From Allobaculum fili (GTDB lineage Bacteria > Bacillota_I > Bacilli_A > Erysipelotrichales > Erysipelotrichaceae), in NCBI RefSeq assembly GCF_020969955.1, contig NZ_JAHDSX010000018.1, forward strand, positions 12,434 through 44,433: a stretch of 32,000 nt of DNA, read 5' to 3'. The notes below the pieces were generated by a model. It was not told the origin of the DNA. It worked only from the letters and a program-made list of their open reading frames with translations, and searched no databases. Below are positions 1-8,819 of the stretch, one piece after another (the stretch's first letter is position 1; each line of letters starts with the position of its first letter). A program made the position numbers and the translations under genes.

Positions 1-8
1 AAATTTCG

Positions 9-54
9 GGATTTTTGAATTTTCAAATTTTTGAATTATCGGATTTTTGATTTT
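9..54. repeat. Three direct copies of an AT-rich ~16-bp unit (ATTTTTGA(A)TT) at exact 16-bp spacing, at the window edge
   Basis: ATTTTTGAATT occurs at 11-21 and 27-37, and ATTTTTGATTT at 43-53. The array may continue upstream of the window. Confidence 0.6.
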
Positions 55-71
55 CCCGCACGCATTCTGGG

Positions 72-117
72 CAAAAGAAAATCCAGAACGGTTCCAAAAG
101 AGGGAGACGTTCTGGAT
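72..117 (-). terminator. Rho-independent terminator downstream of rnhC
   Basis: 10-bp stem ATCCAGAACG (81-90) / CGTTCTGGAT (108-117) with a 17-nt loop. It is followed on the minus strand by TTTTCTTTTG. Confidence 0.7.
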
Positions 118-128
118 GTACTGCGGGC

Positions 129-1112
129 TTAGACCAGGCCGATTTTCTGGGAATTGACGAAATGCATTTTGACAAATTCCGGCATGCGCTCTTTTCCAAT
201 TTTCGCCATGAGCTTTCTGGCGCTCTGGGTGGCTTTGTCTCCACCGCCTTTTTCCAGCGGCATCCCGGCTTTCGCCTCGAGCTGTTCCCAGACTTTTAAA
301 AAGGCGTAGCGGGCGAGTACCGAAGCGGCCGCAACCGCGATATAATGCGATTCCGCCTTCGTCTCAAAATGAATGGTGCGAATGACGTTTTTCTCCTGCG
401 CCAGATAGCTATAGTACGTGCGCGGAATGCAGAACTGGTCGATCACGCAAAGTTCAGGCAGGGCATAGCCTTTTTTCTGCAGATTCAGGTACACCTGATT
501 GTGCATCATGGCTTTCATCTTGTTGAGGTTATAGCCTTTTTCCTCGCGTATGCGATTGTATTGGGCATTTTGTAAAATAACGATGGAATGGGGAACCATC
601 GCTTCAATTTGCGGGGCCACTTCAAGAATGCGCGCGTCGGTCATTTTCTTGGAATCGGTAATTTCCATCGCGTGCAGCTTCGCGGCACATTCCTGGTCCG
701 GGACGATTACCGCAGCGACGGTAACCGGGCCCATGTAATCGCCGGTGCCGACTTCATCGCTGCCGGCCTGCGGGAAAACATTGGCTTTGGACCCGTGACC
801 TGCAGAAGACGAATTCGACGCGGGACGGACCCGTGGGACATCGTCAAGTTCTGCGGCCGAAAACCGTCCGCTGGATTCGTCTTTTCCTAAAATGTCATCG
901 GCGACACTGACGACCCAGTCGATATCACCGCCCTGAATGACGACTTTACCGGACGTATAGGCGGTCACGACGACTTTTTTCCCGGAAGAATCCAGGACAT
1001 AAATCGACCAGGCCGCGTAAGAGGGAAGATTTTTCGCTTTGGAGAGCGGTTTGAGTTTTTTGTGGAGAGTCTCGATCTGGCTCGAGCTCATGGTTCGTAC
1101 AACAGTTGCCAT
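129..1112 (-). CDS. rnhC: Ribonuclease HIII
   Basis: 327-aa ORF. The RNase H type-2 catalytic core is present (GSDEVGTGDYMGPVTVAAV, ITDSKK, AAASVLAR). It follows a ~90-aa N-terminal extension typical of RNase HIII rather than HII. TAA stop, with a terminator downstream. Confidence 0.85.
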   Translation of the reverse strand: MATVVRTMSSSQIETLHKKLKPLSKAKNLPSYAAWSIYVLDSSGKKVVVTAYTSGKVVIQGGDIDWVVSVADDILGKDESSGRFSAAELDDVPRVRPASNSSSAGHGSKANVFPQAGSDEVGTGDYMGPVTVAAVIVPDQECAAKLHAMEITDSKKMTDARILEVAPQIEAMVPHSIVILQNAQYNRIREEKGYNLNKMKAMMHNQVYLNLQKKGYALPELCVIDQFCIPRTYYSYLAQEKNVIRTIHFETKAESHYIAVAAASVLARYAFLKVWEQLEAKAGMPLEKGGGDKATQSARKLMAKIGKERMPEFVKMHFVNSQKIGLV

Positions 1113-1385
1113 GTTCCTATTGTATCATTACAGGGATTGCGGCCGTTTCCGGACCGCCGGGCCTTCCCTGCAGAGGAAAGCTGTATTTCCTCGTGCAAAA
1201 GACGGACGATACAATGCCGATCCCAGTCGCTTTTACGCGTATCTGCGGATCAGCGGATCGGGTGCAGGCTGAAAGAAAAGATTTCACAGAAACCAGAGTC
1301 GACAGGACTCTGCAGTAAATACTGAATTTATGCAAAGAAACAACGAATTCCATTGCGGAATTTAGAAGGAAAGAGAGGGACGGAT

Positions 1386-3698
1386 ATGTACGTAGATAAC
1401 TGGAATGCCATCGATATGCCGGCGGTACTGGAGCAGTTTGCCAGCCTGGCGGCTTCGCCCAAAACCGCAGCCCATTTAAAAGACGCAAGAGTGCTCAAAT
1501 CGACGGCAGTCGTTCGGCGTCAGCTGGATCTTTGCGCAGAAGCCTTTGCGTTTTTGCAGGATGGGCAGGAGCTTTCGTTAGGCGGACTTGGCGACATCAC
1601 AAAATCCGTCAAGCTGGCCAAAAAGGGCATCGCGCTGAACGGCAGCGAACTGCTGGAAATTTCACTGTTTATTACGGCGTCGCAGACCGCGGCCAAGGCG
1701 TTTTCGCCCGAAAAGGAACCGATGCTTTCGGATCTGGCCTCTACGCTGGCCAACCTGTCTTCCCTGGCGGCGGACATCGATGAAGCGATCGATCTTTCCG
1801 GATCGATTCGACCGGATGCGAGCGCCCGCCTGCAGAACCTGAGCCGTCAGCTGGTGCAGACGAAAGCCGATCTGTCGGCTGCAGCCAAAAAGTTCATTCA
1901 GGCGCATTCGTCTTCGCTGGTCGATACGATGACGGTGTATTCCGGAGGACGCCTCTGCGTTCTGGTCAAGGCGGCCGACAAGTATAAGTTTGGCGGCATC
2001 GTCCATGGAACGAGCCAGTCCGGGGCCGGAAGCTACGTAGAACCAGACGCGCTGGCGACGCTCAATAACGCGGCAGCCAGTCTGGAAAACGAAATCGAAG
2101 AAGAAAAGAAGCGCATCTGCAAGGAGCTCAGCCGCAAAGTCGGCGCAAACGCCAAGGCGCTTCTGTCCAACGACGAAACGCTCGAAATTATCGATACGGC
2201 TCTGGCCAAAGCACGTTGGATGCAGCTGCACGACGGATGCATTCCGACGCTGCAGGGCATGAGCCACGCGCTGCATATCGATCACGCGGTACATCCGCTG
2301 CTGGATGCGAAAACCGCAGTCGCCAACTCGTATGCGCTGAGCGATGAACAGGACTGTCTGATGATTACCGGATCGAACATGGGCGGCAAGACCGTTACGC
2401 TCAAGACGATCGCGCTCTTTATTCTTCTTGCGCAGTGCGGCTTTCCGGTCAGCGCCCATCGGGCTATGCTTCCCATTTACGAACAGTTTTATTTCGATGT
2501 CGGCGATGAGCAGTCGATCGAAAACAACTTGTCGACGTTCTCGTCGCACATTTCCAAAATCGCGAAAATCATTAAGAAAGCCAACGAACATACGTTCGTT
2601 CTGCTCGATGAAATCGGCAGCGGAACGGATCCGGATGAAGGCGCGGCGCTTGCTCAGGCGGTCATCGAAGCGCTGATGGATCGCGGGGCTACGATTTTAA
2701 CGAGTACCCATTACAACGCGGTCAAAGCCTTTGGGAAAACGAATCCGCGCGTGCTGTGCGGATCGGTGGAATTCGATCCTGTGAAACTTGTTCCGACGTA
2801 TCGCTATTTACCTGGTATCAGCGGCGCGAGCTGCGCGTTCCCGATTGCCAGCCAGTTCGGGCTGAACGGAGATGTACTCAAACGCGCCCGGGAGCTGAAA
2901 GCTCAGAACGAATCCGAAGCCGCCAGGCAGCTGTCGGTTCTTGAAAAGCAGCAGGCCCAGGTACAGAAGCAGAAAGACCGCTTCGACGCGCTCGTTAAGG
3001 ACGCACACCGTCTGCAGAAAAAGGCGGACGAAGACCAGAAAAAATGGGCGTCCATGAAAAAGCGTCTCGACGACGACTATGCCCGCCAGCTTGAAGACAT
3101 GCTTTACGAAAAGCAGGAAGAAGCCAAAGCCATCCTGCGCGATCTGCGGGCCAGCACGGGAAAAGCCAGTCACGAACAGATCGAGAAAATGGGTCAGCTC
3201 AGTCAGCTCGACGACGCGAAGAAAACCGAAGAGCCGGCGGTCGAAAAGCAGGAAACGATCGAACCGGGCGACTACGTCCATGTCATCTCCCTCAACAATC
3301 ATGGCGAAGTCGTTCAGGTGCGCAAGAATAAGGCTGTCGTCATGGTCAATGGCCGACGCGTCAATCTGAGCGTCGATCAGCTCGAAAAGATCAAGAAGCC
3401 CAAAGCGCAGAAACAGCCGCGTAAAAAGGAAAGTCCGGATCTTTCCTTCCGTCCGTTCAATATGGAACTGAACCTGATCGGCATGCGTGTCGAAGAAGGC
3501 ATCCGCGAGCTCGACCATTATATTGATCAGGCGGTTTACCATAATATTAAAAACGTCCGGATCATTCATGGCATGGGTACCGGCGCGTTGCGCAGCGCGG
3601 TCTGGAAAGATCTCAAGAGCCATCCGCAGGTCAAGCGCATTTCCAGCGGCGGACCTAACGACGGCGGTCTAGGCGCTACGCTCGTCGAACTGAAATAA
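1386..3698 (+). CDS. mutS2: Endonuclease MutS2 (MutS-family ATPase with C-terminal Smr domain)
   Basis: Walker A GSNMGGKTVTLKT, Walker B FVLLDEIGSGTDP, a long charged coiled coil, and a C-terminal Smr domain (LNLIGMRVEE...IIHGMGTGALR). The ORF track starts at TTG 1353. I prefer ATG 1386 because the purine-rich SD (GAAAGAGAGGGA) ends ~6 nt upstream of it. Confidence 0.9.
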   Translation: MYVDNWNAIDMPAVLEQFASLAASPKTAAHLKDARVLKSTAVVRRQLDLCAEAFAFLQDGQELSLGGLGDITKSVKLAKKGIALNGSELLEISLFITASQTAAKAFSPEKEPMLSDLASTLANLSSLAADIDEAIDLSGSIRPDASARLQNLSRQLVQTKADLSAAAKKFIQAHSSSLVDTMTVYSGGRLCVLVKAADKYKFGGIVHGTSQSGAGSYVEPDALATLNNAAASLENEIEEEKKRICKELSRKVGANAKALLSNDETLEIIDTALAKARWMQLHDGCIPTLQGMSHALHIDHAVHPLLDAKTAVANSYALSDEQDCLMITGSNMGGKTVTLKTIALFILLAQCGFPVSAHRAMLPIYEQFYFDVGDEQSIENNLSTFSSHISKIAKIIKKANEHTFVLLDEIGSGTDPDEGAALAQAVIEALMDRGATILTSTHYNAVKAFGKTNPRVLCGSVEFDPVKLVPTYRYLPGISGASCAFPIASQFGLNGDVLKRARELKAQNESEAARQLSVLEKQQAQVQKQKDRFDALVKDAHRLQKKADEDQKKWASMKKRLDDDYARQLEDMLYEKQEEAKAILRDLRASTGKASHEQIEKMGQLSQLDDAKKTEEPAVEKQETIEPGDYVHVISLNNHGEVVQVRKNKAVVMVNGRRVNLSVDQLEKIKKPKAQKQPRKKESPDLSFRPFNMELNLIGMRVEEGIRELDHYIDQAVYHNIKNVRIIHGMGTGALRSAVWKDLKSHPQVKRISSGGPNDGGLGATLVELK

Positions 3699-3902
3699 AC
3701 CGTCTGCAGTGCAGGTCGGATTTTCGCGCAATCTTTCGCAAAGCCGGGGGATTGCGCGCTTTGCTATACTGAAAAAGGACGCTTTTTCGTCCCACAGACG
3801 TTTGATAATGAAAAAGGACGGTCTTCTGACCGCAGATAACGTCTGAATTTTCCATTTATTTTTGAACGAATGCACTCTTGTCAAAGAGTTAGAAAGGATC
3901 GT

Positions 3903-5837
3903 ATGCCGCTGACCGAACATATTCAGAAAAAACTGGAACTGCTTCCGGATAAGCCCGGATGCTACATCATGAAAGATGCAAATCAGGAAATCCTGTACGT
4001 CGGAAAAGCCAAGGTTCTCAAAAACCGGGTTCGATCCTACTTTCACGGCGTTCACAATAACAAGACCACCAAACTGGTGGCCCGCATCGAAGATTTTGAA
4101 TTCATCAATACCACAACCGAAAAGGAAGCGCTGCTTCTCGAGATCAATCTGATCAAGAAATACCGGCCGCCCTTTAACATCATGTTCATGGATGACAAAA
4201 TGTATCCATACATTGAAGTCACCAAGGGGGCGGATTTCCAGGTCCGCATTACCCGTAAGGCCAAGGGAAGAAACAGCGACTTTTTCGGTCCCTATCCGAT
4301 TTCGACGTACGCCTACGACATGGTCAAGCTGATCAGTCAGCTCTACCCGATGCGCCGCTGCCGCACGATGAGCAAGACGCCCTGCCTGTACTATCACATG
4401 CACCAGTGTCCGGGCTTCTGCTTTCAGAAAGTCGATGAAAAAGAGGCGCTCGCGCGCCGCGAGAAAATCATTCGCTTTCTCAAAGGCTATACCGGGGAAG
4501 TGAAAGAAGAGCTGCAGGAAAAGATGGCCGAAGCGAGCCAGAACCTGAATTTCGAGCGGGCACAGGAACTGCTTGGCCAGATCCGTTCCATCGACTACAT
4601 TCAGGAAAAGCAGACAATCGACTTTTCGATCCGGGACAACTTCGATGTCTTTGGCTGGTACGAAGACAAAGGCTACATTTCCTTCCAGGGCTTTTTCGTG
4701 CGCGAGGGCAAGCTGCTCGAACGCAACATGTCCGTTGCACCAATTTATGAAGACGTGCAGGACGCGTTTGTGTCGTATATTTTGCAGTACTATCAGACGA
4801 ACAAAATCCCATCGACCATTTACGTGCCGGAAGGAACGGATGTGGAGTCGCTCGAAGACGCGCTCGATACGAAAATCATCATTCCGCAGCGCGGCGATCG
4901 AAAGAAGCTGACCGAACTGGCGTGCGCCAACGCGAAAGAAGCACACGAACAGAAGTTCCAGCTCATTTACCGCAAGGACCGTGAACTCGAAGGCGCCAAC
5001 CGCAAGCTTTCGACCATTTTCCATAAGCCGATCCATACGATTGAGCTGTTCGATAACTCGCACATTTCCGGAACGTACAACGTTTCCGGTCTGGTCGTCT
5101 TCCGCGACGGCAAGCCCGATAAAAATGCGTACCGCAAATACCAGCTCGACGGCTACCGCTCCGATACCGACTCCATGAAGGAAGTCGTGCGCCGCCGCTA
5201 TTCCCGGCTGCAGCGCGAAAACAAGCCAATGCCGGATCTGCTTCTCGTCGATGGCGGTGTCGGTCAGATTCATGCCGCCCAGAGCATTCGCGATGAGCTG
5301 GGCATTCCGCTGACGATCGCGGGTCTGGTCAAGGACGATAAGCACTCGACGAGAGCGCTCCTCAATGAAAATCTTCAGGAAATCCCGCTCGATAAAACCG
5401 ATCCGCTGTTTTTCCTGCTGACGCGCATGCAGGATGAAGTGCACCGCTTTGCGATAACGTACCACCAGAAACTGCGCGCCAAGGGCATGACCAAGTCGAT
5501 TCTCGACGATATTGCCGGCATTGGGCCAAAGCGCAAAAAACAGATTCAGTCGGCCTACCCGTCTTTGAAAAAGATGCGGGCAGCGTCCTTAGAAGATTTT
5601 GAAAAAATCGTTCCGGCCAAAACGGCGGCGCTGCTCTATGCGCGCCTGCACGAAAACGATGAAGAAAAGACGGATACCGCCAGTCCGGCGGAAAACGCCG
5701 AAACCGTCCCCGTGTCGGATGCCGGAAATACCCGAACGGCGGCAGAAACGCCGGCGTCGGATCCGAGTGTTGCAATATCTGATCCGGCCGATTCGCTCCA
5801 TACAGAAGAGAGGGCAGAAAGGGGAAGCGAGGAATGA
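3903..5837 (+). CDS. uvrC: Excinuclease ABC subunit C
   Basis: GIY-YIG N-terminus (PGCYIMKD..ILYVGKAKVLKNRVRSYF), a Cys-rich segment (RRCRTMSKTPCLYYHMHQCPGFC) and a C-terminal HhH (ILDDIAGIGPKRKKQ). ATG 3903 is preceded by AGAAAGGA; the track ORF begins further upstream at 3870. The protein ends in a ~65-aa acidic, Pro/Ala/Thr/Ser-rich tail. The TGA stop overlaps the next start (ATGA). Confidence 0.9.
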   Translation: MPLTEHIQKKLELLPDKPGCYIMKDANQEILYVGKAKVLKNRVRSYFHGVHNNKTTKLVARIEDFEFINTTTEKEALLLEINLIKKYRPPFNIMFMDDKMYPYIEVTKGADFQVRITRKAKGRNSDFFGPYPISTYAYDMVKLISQLYPMRRCRTMSKTPCLYYHMHQCPGFCFQKVDEKEALARREKIIRFLKGYTGEVKEELQEKMAEASQNLNFERAQELLGQIRSIDYIQEKQTIDFSIRDNFDVFGWYEDKGYISFQGFFVREGKLLERNMSVAPIYEDVQDAFVSYILQYYQTNKIPSTIYVPEGTDVESLEDALDTKIIIPQRGDRKKLTELACANAKEAHEQKFQLIYRKDRELEGANRKLSTIFHKPIHTIELFDNSHISGTYNVSGLVVFRDGKPDKNAYRKYQLDGYRSDTDSMKEVVRRRYSRLQRENKPMPDLLLVDGGVGQIHAAQSIRDELGIPLTIAGLVKDDKHSTRALLNENLQEIPLDKTDPLFFLLTRMQDEVHRFAITYHQKLRAKGMTKSILDDIAGIGPKRKKQIQSAYPSLKKMRAASLEDFEKIVPAKTAALLYARLHENDEEKTDTASPAENAETVPVSDAGNTRTAAETPASDPSVAISDPADSLHTEERAERGSEE

Positions 5838-6841
5838 AAGCGAACGAAACCCATTCGATGAAATCGAACAAAGTCATTTTGCGTACCCGCCTCGTCATTT
5901 TCTTCTGCTGCGTGGCCTTTGCGCTGCTGACCTTTTTCCATTTGCAGAAAGTGGCCGATCCGCTGACCCGCTACCCGTACGGAACGCCGGAACAGCGCAA
6001 TCAGCTGGCGGTGCTGCTCGATGACGAAGACATCAACACGCTGATCAACATGCAGCTGCTGCCCGAAGAAGTGCTGCCCTACGCGAGCGTAGCGGAATTC
6101 AACATGGACAACATCCGCTATTACCAGCAGATCATGGCCGCTCAGGCGGCTGATCCGCAGTTTGTGGTCTATTTCGTCAACACGTACCGGGATCGCATGG
6201 ACGCCGACCGGATGAGCGAACTGCTCGGCTGGCTGTCCTATACGGATCTGATCAACTATTTCGAATCCGGCAGCACGCTGCCGCTCTATCACGGACGCCC
6301 CGATGACCTGACAGCCGTTCTCAATGGAACCGAAACGATTCTGCGCTGGGAACCTGGCGATCTGACCGAAATCGCGCCGGGCATCAGCCTGCGCTATCCC
6401 GCCGCAGCGAGCTGGCTGCAGATGGCCAGTGACGCGGCTGCAGCCGGTCATGAACTCAAGGCCGTCGGCGGCTACATGAGTCAGGCAGACCAGCAGCAGG
6501 CGCAGGAACATGCCTCGTACAATCAGGGCCCATACGGCACCCGGGAAGAACAGTTCGGCTTGAGCGTTCGTCTTTCCGGCTTTGACGAATGGAACGACGT
6601 GGTTTCGAAAGAAAAAGGCGAAGACTGGAGCAAAGCCTGCGACGATCTCAGTAAAGAGCAGAAAAGCACGCTCGACTGGCTGAGCGAGAATAGCTGGAAA
6701 TACGGCTGGGTCTTCCGCTATCCCCAGCAGAAGGAAGAGAAAACCGGGGTCAAATGGCAGCCGTTCGTTTTGCGCTATGTCGGTCAAGACGCAGCCTCTG
6801 AGCTTTTTGAAAAGGGCGAAGTTCTCGAGGAACTAAAATAG
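5834..6841 (+). CDS. Membrane-anchored VanY/peptidase-M15B-like protein with all three predicted zinc ligands substituted
   Basis: N-terminal TM helix (LVIFFCCVAFALLTFF). The C-terminal half follows the VanY pattern (AVGGYMSQ~SGYRS, LSENSWKYGWVFRYPQQKEEKTG). However, SEHQ is REEQ, the AID-type Asp position reads SVRL, and EPWHxRYVG is QPFVLRYVG. Confidence 0.65.
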   Translation: MKANETHSMKSNKVILRTRLVIFFCCVAFALLTFFHLQKVADPLTRYPYGTPEQRNQLAVLLDDEDINTLINMQLLPEEVLPYASVAEFNMDNIRYYQQIMAAQAADPQFVVYFVNTYRDRMDADRMSELLGWLSYTDLINYFESGSTLPLYHGRPDDLTAVLNGTETILRWEPGDLTEIAPGISLRYPAAASWLQMASDAAAAGHELKAVGGYMSQADQQQAQEHASYNQGPYGTREEQFGLSVRLSGFDEWNDVVSKEKGEDWSKACDDLSKEQKSTLDWLSENSWKYGWVFRYPQQKEEKTGVKWQPFVLRYVGQDAASELFEKGEVLEELK

Positions 6842-6902
6842 AAATCGAAGAGCAGATCTTTCTATATCACGCTGCTCAAAACAGGAAACGGAGGAAGCAG
6901 GA

Positions 6903-7424
6903 TTGAAAGCACAGATTATTGTGGCCAGCGATACCCATGGAGCAGGAAACCTGCTCACCGAACTGGAAAAAGCGTATCCGCATGCCGATCTCTTTCTGCA
7001 TTGCGGAGATCTCGAAAACAGCCCGGAATACTTTCCCGCCTGGATTTTCGTGCGCGGAAACAATGACTACGGCGGAAACCGTATGATGCCAGACAGCCGG
7101 GTCGTCTCCTATGCGGGGATCCGCATTTACATGACGCATTCCCATCGCCTTGGCTATTACAGCCGGCTCGAAAAACTGGCCGCCTTAGCTAAGGAAAACG
7201 ACTGTCAGATTGCGGTATTCGGTCATACGCACGTACCGCTCATCAAGAAGGTCAACGGCGTCCTGCTGGTGAACCCGGGAAGCATGCGTTTTCCGCGGGA
7301 TGGCAATTCGCCCTGCTACGCGGTGATTGAAGTCGACGATAACGATCAGATCCACGCAAAACTGATCCATCAGGAAGACTGGCCGTTCAAACCGAAAAAC
7401 AGCTGGACCGGCGGCTGGTGGTAA
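6903..7424 (+). CDS. YfcE/MJ0936-family metallophosphoesterase
   Basis: Calcineurin-like motifs are present in order: ASDTHG, HCGDLE, RGNND, MTHSH, FGHTHVP. TTG start, with GGAGGA (6890-6895) 7 nt upstream. Confidence 0.85.
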   Translation: MKAQIIVASDTHGAGNLLTELEKAYPHADLFLHCGDLENSPEYFPAWIFVRGNNDYGGNRMMPDSRVVSYAGIRIYMTHSHRLGYYSRLEKLAALAKENDCQIAVFGHTHVPLIKKVNGVLLVNPGSMRFPRDGNSPCYAVIEVDDNDQIHAKLIHQEDWPFKPKNSWTGGWW

Positions 7425-7459
7425 GCCGATCTACCTGATCGACGAAACGGAAAAAACAG

Positions 7460-7497
7460 ATCCCGGTCTGCTTGAAGAAAAGCAGGCCGGGATTTTT
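7460..7497 (+). terminator. Rho-independent terminator after the phosphoesterase gene
   Basis: 14-bp stem ATCCCGGTCTGCTT / AAGCAGGCCGGGAT with one G-T wobble and a 6-nt loop, followed by TTTTT. Confidence 0.75.
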
Positions 7498-7640
7498 GAA
7501 TGGTCGATGAGCGTCTTCATCTGGAGAAATCTCCAGCGCGCGAGGGATTCTGACGAAGACGTACAAACCGGATTCCGATTTGTACCGCCTCTGCCCACGC
7601 ACCCGGTTCAGTGATAAAATGAACTCCAGAACGCTTAGAA

Positions 7641-7675
7641 AGAAAAAGCCTGTCTTCGTAAAAAAGAAAACAGGC
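7641..7675 (-). terminator. Second (backup) minus-strand terminator downstream of tRNA-Arg
   Basis: On the minus strand: GCCTGTTTTC TTTTTTAC GAAGACAGGC followed by TTTTTCTTTC. The stem has one mismatch. Confidence 0.5.
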
Positions 7676-7701
7676 GAGATGGCAGGCAAATCCGAAAAGG
7701 C

Positions 7702-7724
7702 AAAAAAAAACGCCTTTTCAGGCG
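7702..7724 (-). terminator. Rho-independent terminator 12 nt after the tRNA-Arg 3' end
   Basis: On the minus strand: CGCCT GAAA AGGCG (5-bp stem, GAAA loop) followed by T9. Confidence 0.7.
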
Positions 7725-7736
7725 ATTCGTTCTAAG

Positions 7737-7813
7737 TGGCGTCCTGGAGATGATTCGAACACCCGACCGTGCGCTTAGAAGGCGCATGCTCTATCCAACT
7801 GAGCTACCAGGAC
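7737..7813 (-). tRNA. tRNA-Arg (anticodon UCU), CCA encoded
   Basis: The reverse complement reads GTCCTGGTAGCTCAGTTGGATAGAGCATGCGCCTTCTAAGCGCACGGTCGGGTGTTCGAATCATCTCCAGGACGCCA. It has a 7-bp acceptor stem GTCCTGG/CCAGGAC, a D-loop AGCTCAGTTGGATAGAGC, an anticodon stem TGCGC/GCGCA with loop CTTCTAA, and a T-arm GGTTCGAATC-type sequence. Confidence 0.93.
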
Positions 7814-7822
7814 AGCGAGATT

Positions 7823-7850
7823 ATTTTAGCACTAATCGAAAGAGGATCAA
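7823..7850 (-). promoter_or_regulatory. Candidate sigma-A promoter for tRNA-Arg
   Basis: On the minus strand: TTGATC (7850-7845), a 16-nt spacer, then TAAAAT (7828-7823). The -10 box ends 9 nt before the mature tRNA 5' end. The promoter overlaps the SD region of the divergent plus-strand gene. Confidence 0.45.
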
Positions 7851-7857
7851 GCAATTT

Positions 7858-8811
7858 ATGCCCAAAGATATTCAAAAAGAAATCCAGAACGGAACGAACG
7901 CGCCAAAGACTCTGGATCGAAGCCGCCTTTTGGATTCCCATACATCATCGAAAAATACCCCGGAGCGGGAAGGGTACTACTTCGCGGGCTGGTACGTCGA
8001 TCCGGAACTGACGCGTCCAGTCAACCCGGCGGGACTTCTGCCCGATACGATGCAGCTGTATCCCAGCTGGAAGCCGCTTTCCTACAACATCATTTACGAA
8101 CTCGACGAGGGCATGAACTCGCCGCTGAACCCCCACAGCTATACCGTCGAAAGCGGTCTGCTCAAGCTGTACCCGGCGCAGTGCGAAGGCAAGCTCTTTA
8201 CCGGCTGGCTGATGGATGGCGAGCTGATCGAATACATCGATCCGTCGTGGATGCGAAGAATCCGTCTGAAAGGAACGTTCGATGCTCTGGTGGAAATTTC
8301 CTTTGACTCATGTGGAGGAAGCCGCGTCGCTCCGGTAAAAACCGATGGCGCGGGACGCATTCACCCGCCGTTTTCGCCGATCCGGATTGGCCATCGCTTT
8401 ACGGGCTGGTATCTTGATCCAGCCTGTCATCGCGCCTGGAATCCGTCCATGCGCTTTGCCAAGCCAACAACGCTTTACGCGGGATGGAAGGAAGAAGAAT
8501 ACGAAATTCGCCTGGATCCGGACAAAGGCGTGCTGGACGTCGATCCGGTGCTCTCCTACTCGATCAATACGCCTTCGTTTACCTTGCCGGTTCCCAGGCG
8601 CAAAGGCTGGAGCTTTGGCGGCTGGTATGACGAGCGCGGCAACATCTGTCTGATGGTACGCAAAGGCATGAGCGGCAATCGAAATCTGCATGCCCTCTGG
8701 GTGCCGGAAAGCGAAGAAAGTCTGCATGTGCCCGGCCGTTTCTGGAGACCGCTTCATCTGGATTTTGAAGATGAGGAAAGTATCGATACGCAGGGTCTGT
8801 CTGAGAAATAG
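7858..8811 (+). CDS. Flg_new / InlB B-repeat (Listeria-Bacteroides repeat) protein with four repeats and no signal peptide
   Basis: Repeat signature x[FY]xGW[YL]xD occurs four times: YYFAGWYVDPELTRPVNP, KLFTGWLMDGE, HRFTGWYLDPACHRAWNP, WSFGGWYDERGN. Each repeat ends in a (L/T)YxxWxx-type strand. I chose ATG 7858 (SD AAGAGGA ~11 nt upstream) because the track ORF start at 7750 runs through the tRNA gene. Confidence 0.7.
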   Translation: MPKDIQKEIQNGTNAPKTLDRSRLLDSHTSSKNTPEREGYYFAGWYVDPELTRPVNPAGLLPDTMQLYPSWKPLSYNIIYELDEGMNSPLNPHSYTVESGLLKLYPAQCEGKLFTGWLMDGELIEYIDPSWMRRIRLKGTFDALVEISFDSCGGSRVAPVKTDGAGRIHPPFSPIRIGHRFTGWYLDPACHRAWNPSMRFAKPTTLYAGWKEEEYEIRLDPDKGVLDVDPVLSYSINTPSFTLPVPRRKGWSFGGWYDERGNICLMVRKGMSGNRNLHALWVPESEESLHVPGRFWRPLHLDFEDEESIDTQGLSEK

Positions 8812-8819
8812 GACAAAGT

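Noticed and set aside
3864-3875. Cheo/LexA-box-like GAACgaatGCAC just upstream of uvrC.
   Set aside because: The second half-site is GCAC rather than GTTC, which is two mismatches in a 4-nt arm. That is too weak to call.
3669-5465. Long antisense ORFs opposite real genes. Examples are 3669-5465, 1662-2591, 5636-6787, 15673-17025, 17206-19179, 24902-25792, 25847-27412 and 29383-30933.
   Set aside because: Each lies entirely opposite a gene with strong family motifs (uvrC, mutS2, tig, lon, the mtl operon). Their translations are Arg/Phe/Val/Gly-rich with no motifs, which is typical of shadow ORFs in moderately GC-rich coding DNA.
7750-7857. N-terminal extension of the repeat-protein ORF (track start 7750).
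   Set aside because: It would translate through the tRNA-Arg gene (7737-7813) and has no SD. ATG 7858 has one.
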